Assembly: GCA_951406725.2 (NCBI GenBank)
Contig: OX597820.1
Span: forward strand, 28,396,001-28,460,000
Reading direction: 5' to 3'
DNA: 64,000 bases
Source: Octopus vulgaris
Taxonomy: Eukaryota
Part shown: positions 13,612 through 25,390 of the stretch, piece after piece
Layout: every line of letters starts with the position of its first letter
Numbering within the stretch: position 1 is the stretch's first letter
Made by a program: the position numbers and the translations under genes
The notes under the pieces: model-generated
Databases searched by the model: none
Seen by the model: only the letters and a program-made list of their open reading frames with translations
What the model was told of the DNA's origin: nothing

Positions 13612-14520
13612 ATGTCCAGAGCATGGAGACCTGACGAGCTGGATTTATTCGTACAAGCATGGGAGTGCGCCGGCGGAGATAGTCCTAGCGAGGTGATTGC
13701 GGCTGCGCTGAAGAGCAGAGGCTACAAGAGGACAGCGGCTCAGATGGAGCGAAAGAGACGGGAATTCGTGCGCTCATATGCGCTTGTACGGTCGCACATT
13801 GGCGCATTTGATGCCATCTTTGAGAACGAGCGGGGCAAAGATGACAAGAATGGAGACGATGAAAGAAGTCACCCCCACCTGGTGGATGCCCGGGAGGAGG
13901 TTTTGAATGAGAAACCTGCCCGGGAAGTGAACCCAGGTGCAAGTTCTCCAACCGGCAGCAAAGGCCATGGAGACGGAGAACCCGGTGAAGAGGTAGAGGG
14001 AGGGGGAAGAACTAAAAGAAGGGCTGGTAGAGCTAAAGGAAAAGCTCAAGCAGGACCAAAGGGTGAAAAAACCAGGAATAGAAGTGGAACCGCAAAAGAT
14101 GGAAACGGACAGCGCACACGGGTGTGTAGGTTCTACCTGAGAGGTTCCTGCTGGCATGGAAAGGAAGGTGCAGGCTGCCGCTTTGCACATCGGGGACCCT
14201 GCCACAGAGACACGAGGCAGATGGACAAACCATCAACACAAGGAAAAGGGATGGACCACGCACCACTTGCCCCAAAGCGGAGGTACGCAGATGTTGTGCG
14301 TGCCACAAACCACCAACATGATGTTGTCGAAAGGGCAGCTGCTGAGCAACAATCTTTTTTGTGCATGGCACAAAAGATTGTACAGCAGCTGACCTGGCTT
14401 CATCAAACCCAAGCCCGCAGGTGGGACTACCCACTATACACCAGACCACCACCACAGCAAACAGACCCAGGATGGACACCACCGGCAACAACGTACACCT
14501 CACCTCGATGCTCCTACTGA
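13612..14520 (+). CDS. LINE ORF1 protein (302 aa): N-terminal Myb/SANT(trihelix)-like domain, charged low-complexity linker, CCCH zinc finger
   Basis: WRPDELDLFVQAW...IAAALKSRGYKRTAAQMERK...Y resembles the Myb_DNA-bind_4 pattern. CRFYLRGSCWHGKEGAGCRFAH is C-x7-C-x8-C-x3-H (14125-14190). A YADVV motif follows. The ORF lies directly upstream of, and overlaps, ORF2. Confidence 0.85.
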   Translation: MSRAWRPDELDLFVQAWECAGGDSPSEVIAAALKSRGYKRTAAQMERKRREFVRSYALVRSHIGAFDAIFENERGKDDKNGDDERSHPHLVDAREEVLNEKPAREVNPGASSPTGSKGHGDGEPGEEVEGGGRTKRRAGRAKGKAQAGPKGEKTRNRSGTAKDGNGQRTRVCRFYLRGSCWHGKEGAGCRFAHRGPCHRDTRQMDKPSTQGKGMDHAPLAPKRRYADVVRATNHQHDVVERAAAEQQSFLCMAQKIVQQLTWLHQTQARRWDYPLYTRPPPQQTDPGWTPPATTYTSPRCSY

Positions 14521-17467
14521 ACATCAGAGGACTGCAAACACTCAGTAACAGGACAAAAATCCCGTTCCTGAGAGATTTTGTTGCATGCAATCAAGCCTTA
14601 TGCATAGCACTAACGGAAACGCACCTGAAACCGGATATAGCAGATGCGGAGTTACACATACCACAGTATGCTGTACTACGGACCGACAGGAAAGAAAGGA
14701 GTCATGGAGGTGTTGCTATGTACATCCGTGAGGACCTCACACCCCAGGTCCTCTTGTCATACTCAAACTCGGTGTGTGACACACTAATTGTACATATTAG
14801 GCAACTTGATGTAGTTGTGTGTGCTACATATCGCCCTCCAGATGCCCCAAGCCACGTGGGCAAGTTTGAAGACTGCCTTATAAAAATAGAATAAGTTCTA
14901 ACCACATTAGAACAACACATAAGTGTACTTCTTATGGGAGACTTCAATCTGCCAAATGCCAGATGGCCCGAGGGCCTTTCTCTCCCAGGAATGACAAGAT
15001 GTGAACGAGGACAGGCGAGGCCCCTCCTGAACCTCATCAACACCCTGTACATGGAGCAGGTAATACTCCAACCAACCAGGGCAGGTAACACACTGGATCT
15101 CTGCTTCACAAATGATATGGATCTCATCCATAATGTGAAAGTGACACCGACACTACTCTCGGATCACAACATGATAGAGCTGACCATGTACGGGCCAAAA
15201 GAGAGCACGGACATGCAGCCTACAAGAAACCCCAGAATCTTTCCAGCTTGAACTACCATAAGGCAAACTGGAAACAAATTGAGAAAGAGATCCTCAAACA
15301 AAACTGGCCTAAATGTCTCTCCTCGCCAGACATCGACGTGAAACTTCAACAATTCATGTCTGTAATGCAAGCCATATGCTACAAATATGTCCCAGAGAGA
15401 AAGGCCACTGTACACAAGAACAAAATCCCCAGAGAGAGGAAAATTCTAATGAGACGGCGTACAAAATTTTCAAATCGCCTAAACAAACAGATTGAAAGCA
15501 GTGAAAAGTCCCGCCTAAAAATAAAACTGTTGGAAATCGAAAAATGTCTGAAACTCTCCCATGAAAAGGAAAGAGCAGACAAAGAAGCCTGGGCTATAGA
15601 CAACATAAAATCTAACCCCAGAGCTTTCTACAGGTATGCCAAAGAAACAGCTACGATGCACTGTAGAATAGGGCCACTCCTCGAAAAGGATGGCACACTT
15701 ACAGGAAAACCAATGAGGGTAAGTGAAATACTGAATGAGCAATTCAAGAGTGTTTTCACTCCACCCCTTGGGCATCTCCAAATCACCAATCCAACTGACT
15801 TTTTTACCACTGCAGATATAAAATCAGAGGCGGCGACGATAGATTACATCGATATAAAGGAAGACGATGTAATCAAGGCTATAGATGAAATGAAAACAGA
15901 CTCAGCTATTGGCCCCGATGGATTCCCGGCAATCCTCCTAAAAGCATGTAAGAGAGTCCTAGCAAGACCACTGCAGTTCCTCTTTCAGAGCTTCCTTGCA
16001 GCTGGCAAACTTCCAAGAAAACTGAAGGAAGGTAAAATATGCCCCATTCATAAAGGAGGTAGCAGAGCGGAAGCCAAGAACTATAGACCTATCTCTCTGA
16101 CCTCACACATCAGCAAGGTCATGGAACGAATAGTCAGAAGGAAGCTGATCACCTTCCTTGAAGAAAATGACTTGCTGCCCGACACCCAACATGGTTTCCG
16201 ACCAGGGAGAAGCTGTTTAACTCAGCTCCTACAACACTATGACTGGGTGCTGAAACGGCTGCTCAACCACTCAAATGTGGAAGTGATATATCTCGACTTT
16301 GCAAAGGCCTTTGATAAAGTCGATCATGGAATGATATGTCACAAACTGCGTGATCTCAACATAGTTGGAAAACTGGGAGAATGGCTTCATGACTTTCTGA
16401 AAGATAGAAGTCAGGTGGTAGTGGCCAATGGGGCCACTTCCATTAACACGCAAATAGTGAGCGGTGTTCCGCAGGGCACTGTTCTGGGACCACTACTGTT
16501 CATAATGGCCCTCTCAGACATGCCCTCAGCCACGCAGAGAGCCACGATCACAAGTTATGCAGATGATACAAAAGTTTCACAAGCAATACAGAACCCTGAG
16601 GACACTAAACACCTGCAATGTGAGCTAGACAAAATATATAAGTGGGCCGAAAAGAATAGCATGCAGTTCAATGCTGAAAAGTTTCAAGCTCTATACTATC
16701 AGCATGCAAAACTAAATGCAATACCCAATGAATACACTGGACCCGGAGGAATAGCAATCCCAGAGGCACAATCAGTGCGTGACCTAGGTATTTACATGAG
16801 TGATGACGCGACCTTTCGTGTACATGTTGCTAAATTGGCAATGAAATGTAGACGACTGGCCGGATGGATCCTCAGAACCTTTAGAACAAGAGAACAAGAA
16901 ACCATGATGGTCCTCTGGAGGACACTTGTCCTAAGCCACTTTGACTACTGCTCTCAGTTATGGTCACCATCCAGTGTCAAGTTGATCACAGAGCTCGAAG
17001 CGATCCAACGTAGCTACACGAAGAAGATAGCCTCTATGCAGAATGTAAGCTACTGGGAAAGACTCAGGAAATTAAAATTATATTCCCTGGAGCGTAGGCG
17101 GGAAAGATATGCCATAATATACATCTGGAAGATCCTGGAGGGAAGTGTCCTGAACTTTGGCATCGAGAGTTACGCAAATGCCAGAACTGGGCGCCACTGC
17201 GTGGTGCCTAGGACTCCAAACTTGCCATCAAGATGTAGGACAAGATTCTGTGATAGCCTGGGCTTCCGAGGCCCACAGCTCTTCAATATCCTCCCGAAGA
17301 ACCTGAGAGACCTGCATGGGGTGGATACAGATGTCTTTAAAATGAAGCTGGATCTCTTCCTGTCAGGTGTCCCAGATGAACCAACTTCACGGCAGGAGGG
17401 GCAGATGATGGCAGCTGCATCGAACTCTCTCATTCACCAAATAGCAGTTGCTAGAAAGCCTTCATGA
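14472..17467 (+). pseudogene. LINE ORF2 (apurinic endonuclease + reverse transcriptase), disrupted by a TAA at 14892-14894 and a 1-nt frameshift near 15240-15248
   Basis: APE motifs LLNIRGL, ALTETHL, GGVAMYI, YRPP, MGDFN, LDLCFTN, SDHNMI. RT motifs NYRPISLTS, QHGFRPGRSC, YLDFAKAFDKVDH, GVPQGTVLGPLLF, YADD. CR1-type C-terminus LYSLERRRERY. Confidence 0.93.
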
Positions 17468-17651
17468 AGTGAAACCAAGTAGCAACACCAAATGGCGTTG
17501 CCCCAGCATGGCCACAGTTCATAAGCTGAAACTGGAAAAATCAAAATCAAAATCAAATCAAATCAAAATCAAATCATGTTTTACGGTTTCCACATTTGAG
17601 GTTCGATCTTTCTTCATGATGCATACAACGCCGCCGATCTTTCCACATGTA

Positions 17652-17800
17652 GGCGCAGGGGTGGCTGTGTGATAAGAAGCTTGCTTCCGAACCACATGTT
17701 TCCGCGTGGCAACTTGGGCAAGTATTTTCTGCTATACCCTAGGTCCGATCAATGTCTTGAGGGTGGATTTCGTAGGACAAAACTGAAACAAGCCCACCAT
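17652..17800 (+). mobile_element. SINE family A, 5' half
   Basis: GGCGCAGGGGTGGCTGTGTGATAAGAAGC...AAACTGAAACAAGCCC. Confidence 0.8.
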
Positions 17801-18297
17801 ATATATATATATAAACATGTGTGTGTGTTTTTTATGTGTGCGCGTATGTGTGTATGTCTGTGTGTGTGTGTGTATGTGTATGAATAAATGAAATAATAAT
17901 GAAATACTTTATTTGCAAGATGTAGCTATGTATAATTATCGCCGAGGAGAGAAAACATAACTTAACATTCGTTTTATTTTTATTTCATTATTATTTATCA
18001 TTATTATTTCATTTTTATTTTGCATTTGTTTATTCGCAACTCTTTATTCGTTATTCGTAACTTTTATTCGTAATTTTTACTCCAACTTTTTTCTCTTTAA
18101 TTTCTTTCCTTAAATGTTTATTCCTTGAATTTTTATTCCTTAAATTTTTACTCCTTAAATTTTTAATTTTCAGTTATCATTTTTATTCATTATTTGTATT
18201 TCTATTTCTATGTATATGTTGAGAAGATTATACTGAAGATATAGACTATCATGGAGGTATATAAGAGGTAGAGGTAGCGAAAAATGGTGAGGAATCC

Positions 18298-18397
18298 AGA
18301 CCTGAAGATTGGGAGTGTGTCGACCCGATTAAGAACTGAAACTAGATATCTCGTATCATATCAATACTGACGTACTTTCATGAAACACGTGTAGTCT
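18298..18397 (+). ncRNA. Type I hammerhead ribozyme motif with an extended stem II
   Basis: AGAC-CTGAAGA-T(TGGGAGTGTGTC...GACGTACTTTCA)T-GAAA-CACGTG-TA-GTCT. Stem I AGAC/GTCT, 12-bp stem II including GU pairs, palindromic stem III, GUA triplet. Confidence 0.7.
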
Positions 18398-18488
18398 TAT
18401 AAACGGAAAATACGGAATTCAGAATAATATAGTTAGTATGAGATTTGATATTTAACATTTTATGGAGTGTCGGGTATAATATCTGTTA

Positions 18489-18543
<55 letters not shown>

Positions 18544-19173
18544 CATATATATATATATACATACATACATACATATATACATACATACATACATACATGT
18601 ACCTCAATATTTGTAAATGCATACGTACATATGTATGTTTACTAAGATAGATAAAGATATACATACATATATGTATATATAGACACACATGTATACATAC
18701 ATTCATACATACATACATTGAAGCCAAAAAGCTTCGTCCCATTAACCAATATGCCATACCATCAAGGTACAAAACAACTCTACATAGCATCCCTAACAGC
18801 GATGTTGAAAGCAACACAGTGGAATATCTATTTGCACATCAACCCGTCTTTTAACATAATTGAATGTAGGTAGTTTATAGTATATGGCGATTTGGACACG
18901 GCTGGAATTCTTATAACGAAATGTGTTCGCGTAGAAATATAACAGATCGGTTTAGACTCATCAACCTTATATCTTTCTCTCTTTCTCTGCCACTTTCTCT
19001 CCGCCTGTCTCCCTCTCCTCCAAATTCTCAGTAATGAAAATATTCTACTACTCTTTAGAGGCCACTCAACATTATTATTAATATTTTTTTCAACCAACAA
19101 TTTACTGTTCTGTTAGATACAGGAAATCTCACATTTGTTCAGAAAAAGATAATAAAACATATGCGCTCGTTAA

Positions 19174-19226
<53 letters not shown>

Positions 19227-19470
19227 TACACGTATGTTTATATATATGTATATATACATGCATATATATATATATATATACTAAAGTATGTATGTATACA
19301 CACGCGTACGTATATACATATATATATACACATGAATGTATGTACATACATATATGTATATTTAAACGTGTGTGTGTATATACTTATAGCTATATATATA
19401 TATATAGCTATATATAGCTATATATATATATAGAAAAGTATGTATATATACACACACATATGTATATACA

Positions 19471-19506
<36 letters not shown>

Positions 19507-20471
19507 CATGAATGTATGTACACACATATATGTATATATAAACGTGTGTCTGTATATATTTATAGCTATATATGTATATATGTGTGTGTGTGTGTGTATA
19601 GTTTTATTTATATACATACATGTGTGTGTATAAGTGAGCGCGTCTGTAAAATATATATATGTGTGTGTGTGTGTGTGTTTGATTATACATGTGTGTGTGT
19701 GTTCATTGTGTGGTTATGTGTAGGTGTGTAAATGTGTCAATACCAATATTCTTGTGAAATTTTCAATAATTTCTTTCATTATTTTACAGCATCAAATCTA
19801 CTTCCCACACACATACACGAAGCCGAAGGCACATTTGAATATAAAAGATTTTTCCCCCTCTTAACACATATGTTTATATATTAACACATTCATGTGTATA
19901 TATATATGTATATACGTACGCGTGTGTATACATACATACTTTAGTATATATATATATACATATATATAAAAACGTTAATGTGTTAGCGATGTGATGACAG
20001 ATCTGAAACGTATCCATAGCAGATTTTATATAAACCTTCTCTCACTGCTATGTATAACGTTTAATTGATACGCCTTGATAAAATTTGTCGTGTCTTCTAT
20101 GAAACGCTTATGTAGCAAGGTTAGACTTCCCTATATGTATGTTTAAGTTCTATTTTTAACTTGTTGGTCTCTTCCCGTCAGAAAGATGTCGGTTTCAAAT
20201 GGGATCAAACAAAAAAAAACCTTTTCCAGAGTTTTTTGCGTAACCTGCGGAAGTTGAGGTAAAAAGTAGCAAAATGCATGTATATTTCCCCTGTGCGTGT
20301 GTTGTGTGTGTGAAGTAATTATTGATGGGATGATCTGCTTCAGGTTTTAGGCCTTGTGTTGCGCGTGAATAGGAGATTCAGTGTGTTATCTGCGTGCGTT
20401 GCGTCCTATACGTGTGGACATGAGTATAGATATCTGCATTCAGTAGCGTATTATCTAGAGTTGCTTTGTGA

Positions 20472-20625
<154 letters not shown>

Positions 20626-20719
20626 GAAATAGGTTTCAAAGAAAAAGACTACACGTGGTATAAATAAGGGGAAAGTAGGAAGAATGTAAAGACTTTTTAA
20701 AATCTGGTGTAGTATTTCG

Positions 20720-21860
20720 GTTAACTTACTTAATGTTTGTATGTCTATTTGCTTTGCTCGTTTCATGCCATCATTTATTAATGATGTTGGGTAATGTCTC
20801 CTGATTAGTGTTGATTTACGTTCAAGGTGTCTTCGTTCACGATTATTGGTATCTGAAACTTTTCGCTAGGTTATAAGGTATATTAATTTTTATGTGTTTG
20901 GGTTAACATGATTTGAATAATAGGTATTGTTTTGAATCTGTGGGTTTATAGATGTCCGTTTCGGTGTGGTTATTGGTTATTTTAATTAGGATGTCAAGAA
21001 TGGAAGTTTTTTATTGTTGTATTCCATTGTGAATTGTATATTGCTATTGATATTGCCGATCATTATTTTGAAATCGACGAGTTTGTCCATGCTGTTGTTC
21101 CAAAGTAGGAAGCAATCATTTAAGTATCTCTTCCAGTTCTCCTTAAAATAGCAATGCAAACGAGGTACCGCATTTTGTAATGATAATTGGTATATTTTAA
21201 GTTCTATATAACCCATTACAACGTTCGAAATCACTGGGGCAGCTCGAGTTCCCATTGCTATTCCACATTTGTCGATAGTAAACTATATCGAACATGGCAT
21301 AGTTGTTCTGTAGGATAAATTTCACTGCTGCAATTATGACGTTATGGTTGATGTCTCGTGGGATCTCTTCTTGGTATTTTTCTAGCTAGAAAGTAATTGC
21401 TTCTATACAAAAATCGTGTGGGATATTAGCGTACAAATTTACCACATCGAATGATACTAACAGGGTTCCTTCATTTATTGTTTTCGGGACGTGGTTAAGA
21501 ATGTCTAAATCATCCGTGATGAAGCTTATCACATATTTTTTAAATGGTTTAAGATGTCGAGGCAATAGCTCCAACGGTGGGTTTCCAAGCAGGCTCAGCA
21601 CTGCTGGGTCTTAGATTGAGGTCAGTAGTGGGAGGAACATTAATGTATAGGCTTGGAAAATGTTTGCAAGCTTTACTAATATGTGGATTTCTGTGTATTT
21701 TAGGTAATCCGTAGAATAGACATTGTCTGCATTTAAAAATGGATAAATAGTCAATTTATGTTTTAGTGAGGCCCTTCCCATGTATTGGAAGTAAGAAGGA
21801 TATGTTTTTAAAGTTCTTTAAGTGTTATAGTGCTCTATCTTCTCATAGTAAATATAGTTT
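20720..21860 (-). mobile_element. Penelope-like element RT fragment (degraded)
   Basis: LVSFDVVNLYANIP, MGTRAAP, WKRYLNDCF, IQFTME...[23 protein letters not shown], with stops and frameshifts. Confidence 0.85.
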
Positions 21861-22420
21861 TCCACACACAACCATAGAAATAATGAGACCTTCAACCTCA
21901 TCATCCGAAACCTACCCATTCTCACTGGAGATAAAGCAATGAACAACATTTTAGGCTTACACAAAATTATCAAGAACAAAACGCGACCGATATCATCGAA
22001 AAAATATTAACCAGCGAAAGACTATATCCATTAACAACGGCACCAAAAGTGTAAAATACGGGCGGCTTAACTGTGGCACATGCCCCTACCTTTTGAAAGG
22101 TACAGAGTTTCACCTTCAAGTTTCTCCTGCACCTTTGAAAACTGCTATTACCTCCTTAGGGTGCAGAAATTACTATATAGACCAAACAGGTATGCCATTC
22201 CGACGAAGAACAACACTTCACAAAGAACAATTCCGCTACGCACAATATATACAGGTCAGTGGGTGCATAGGAAGATGTGCTAGGAACCTTAAACCGAAAT
22301 TCCTAATTTTCTCTTTTTATCAATGTTCACAGAACACCTCTGTACAGTAAATAGGCAAATTTCATTATTAAATATTATCCACTACTCAACATGAACACCC
22401 AGCTTAATATAGGACACTAC
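21861..22420 (+). mobile_element. Penelope-like element linker and GIY-YIG endonuclease fragment, inverted relative to the RT
   Basis: FNLIIRNLPIL linker, CGTCPYL zinc-knuckle and NYYIDQTG (YIGQTG-like). Confidence 0.7.
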
Positions 22421-23897
22421 TTACCAGACTAATACCAATAATCTCCATAGATACCATACACCATTCATATTCCAGTATTTATAACTAACTTAATTGTAAC
22501 ACTTTAAGAACTCCTTACATACATTGTATGTAATCTTTTCACTCGGGTACTATTAGACCGAACAACGTTTGGAAATCGGTGTACATTTAAAGTCAGAGAT
22601 CAGCTCTGACGATACCGATATTACATTGAATCTCTATACTGATTCATAATAATGATTTTTATACTTCATAATTCCCCCTCAAATAATCTAATTGTATGTA
22701 TATATCTTCGCTTTTCTTAAACAGCCTTTATTTTTTATATCTAATGTGTATTTTTGTTTTCTTTTTTCCCCCCCCCCATATATATATATATATATACATA
22801 CATACATACATATATTCATATATATATACATTAATAATTAGGAATAGAGTATCTGACATCTTTATATATATTACAATTATATTACAGTGTGGGTTGTTCT
22901 CAAACACATGTCTACTTAGACCTAAGGTAGGTAATTCAACATATCACAAGGTGCACACACACACACACACACAAAGGTACACACACACACACACACTATT
23001 AAGGCTTAGGATAATATCAAATATTCTTAAATAAATAAAACCTAATTAATATTGTTCATTGAGTCTGTGAAAATAGATGTTTCAGTGTGAGTTGACAGGT
23101 TGTGTGTGGATTCTTACTATGAGAAGATAGAGTATCATAAAATTAAACAATAAACATATCCCTTTACTTAATCAAGGCTCACTAAAACATTTTTATCCAT
23201 TTTAAAGAGACAAGGTGTCATAGTTACCTAAAAACAGAAAGTTCACATATGTGGCTTGCAAAATATTACATACTCGCACACACACATACATGCAGTGCAC
23301 ACACAACATACACAGACCGGAGAGAAAACCATGGAAAAAAAGAAGAGAAAATGAGTGAAAATACAATAAGAATATATAGTATCATTCGATGTGGAAATTT
23401 GTCTCCACGACACATATAAACATTTTCAACAAAATACCATATCAATACTTTAACATATACATAGATAATTTATTCTTATATATATTTAGGTTTACTATAA
23501 ACAAAATATGAATATAATAAAGGAAACATAGAACTTAAAATATACCAATATCATTACAAACAAATGCATATTTACATTGCTATTTAGGAGAACAGAAGAA
23601 TAAATATATTCCTACTACAACAGCATATAACTCACACAAAATACATGATCACAATATCACATATAATATACATATATACACATATATATGTATATAAACT
23701 TCCATTCTTGACACATATATTATATAAACAAACAACCACATATCATATAGATAAACACAATATATTATTCAAATTTAACAAACACATAAATAATAATATA
23801 TTATAGCTGAATGCAGAGACTAAATCAACACTAATCAGGAGACGCCACCAACATCATTAATGTTAAATAATGACAACTGTGTTATACAAACATTATA

Positions 23898-23943
<46 letters not shown>

Positions 23944-24123
23944 GTGTACCTATACATACCTACACATACACACATATACATACACTACAAACCCATTCCC
24001 TTATTTTAATTTTATTATTATTTTCATTTATTACTTTTGTTATCTTTGACCGCGGTCAGAAGCATCTTGGCTATCGTATATATCATATCGAAACTAACTA
24101 TGACTTAACTATCCTCTCACACC

Positions 24124-24175
24124 GTCTCCGATGAAGGGATATAATTAATGAATATCATAGAAACCGCTGTATGAC
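24124..24175 (+). ncRNA. Decayed type I hammerhead motif
   Basis: GTCT-CCGATGA-...-GAAA-CCGCTG-TA-TGAC. Single substitutions separate it from CTGATGA and the palindromic CAGCTG. Confidence 0.45.
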
Positions 24176-24301
24176 CTTCTATCTATAAATGCTCTAATAT
24201 CTACACAGCCTTGGTTTTTTTATATTATTAAGCAAAAAATTCTTACATATATGTATATATATATATATGTGTGTGTGTGTAAGAATATATATATATATAT
24301 A

Positions 24302-24580
24302 ATAACAGGTCCTGCCCTACTTAACATTGTCCCGAAAGAGATCAAAGAGGAAAAGGATCCCATCAACTTTAAACGGAGTCTGGATAGATTCCTTCAAAGA
24401 ATACCAGATAAGCCACCCATAATTGGATACAACTCGCCCAACAAAAACTCACTACTTGAATGGACCATAAACAAACTTGACTTAAACAGGATTCAAATAA
24501 TCCTATCAGGTGGTGCTATTAAGTTAGACATGGCCTGGACCAATCTTTAATCGAAACATATCTAAGTTTATCTAAGTTTA
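24302..24580 (+). mobile_element. CR1-group LINE 3' fragment
   Basis: GPALLNIVPKEIK...FKRSLDRFLQRIPDKP...NSLL parallels the ORF2 C-terminus at 17270-17440. Tail is (ATCTAAGTTT)2. Confidence 0.75.
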
Positions 24581-25325
24581 TATATGTAAGAATATATATA
24601 CGTGAGAGATTATCAAGAATCGTGAATCTAGGATGTTTTAGCTGCACCTGTAGTTATAAAGCAATAGACACCCTAAAAATATTCTACACACACATACACA
24701 CACATTCATATTATGGGATTAATCACTAAATTAAAATCTTGACTCTCTTCTAATATGTGTATCCATTCCATCTTTCTTCTCCTATCCCGTATGTATCTCT
24801 TCACGTCCATGTAGCATTTACTATGAGATTTAGGTTGGTTAAAACATTTTTGTGACACATTTTAACCTCTAAAGTCAAATTCACTACAGTTAAAGCGGAG
24901 AAAAGAATTCTCACTTATATTTATAGTTGTAAAAACACCATATTTGCCCATTGTCGGAATACCAGAAGCGGCTCTTCTAACTCTCTAGCCGTTTCTAGTC
25001 CCGACTAATGGAAACATTGGGCAGATGTGTTATTTCACGCATATTAACATAAGAGACAATTTTCCTCCATGGTTCCTATTGTAAGTTTGCCATTGGAACT
25101 TGAAATATATATCAAACTTATTGTAAGTAAGCTGAAGATCACCTATCCCTAAACACTTTAGCGCTGATACAGTTGAATTCTTTAATATTTTGATTAATGC
25201 CTGTCCTCCTAACACATTACCATTCAGGGTTATATTGAACAAATCAAATAAATCGAACGAATCGAAGCCAGTACACACAAACACACACACACACACATAC
25301 ACACACATACATCCACACACACACA

Positions 25326-25390
<65 letters not shown>

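Larger units (their letters stand above)
12897..17576 (+). mobile_element. Near full-length CR1-group non-LTR retrotransposon (5' boundary uncertain, may extend to ~12.2-12.65 kb)
   Basis: ORF1, then APE-RT ORF2, a short 3' UTR and an (AAATC)n tail at 17536-17576. Confidence 0.9.

Noticed and set aside
13685-17433. Antisense ORFs (143 aa, 185 aa, 141 aa and others) over the LINE
   Set aside because: They are shadows of the GC-richer coding strand with no recognisable motifs.
20070-20120. Hammerhead-like TTGATAA...GAAACGCTTATGTA
   Set aside because: The core deviates from CUGANGA and the stems are weak.
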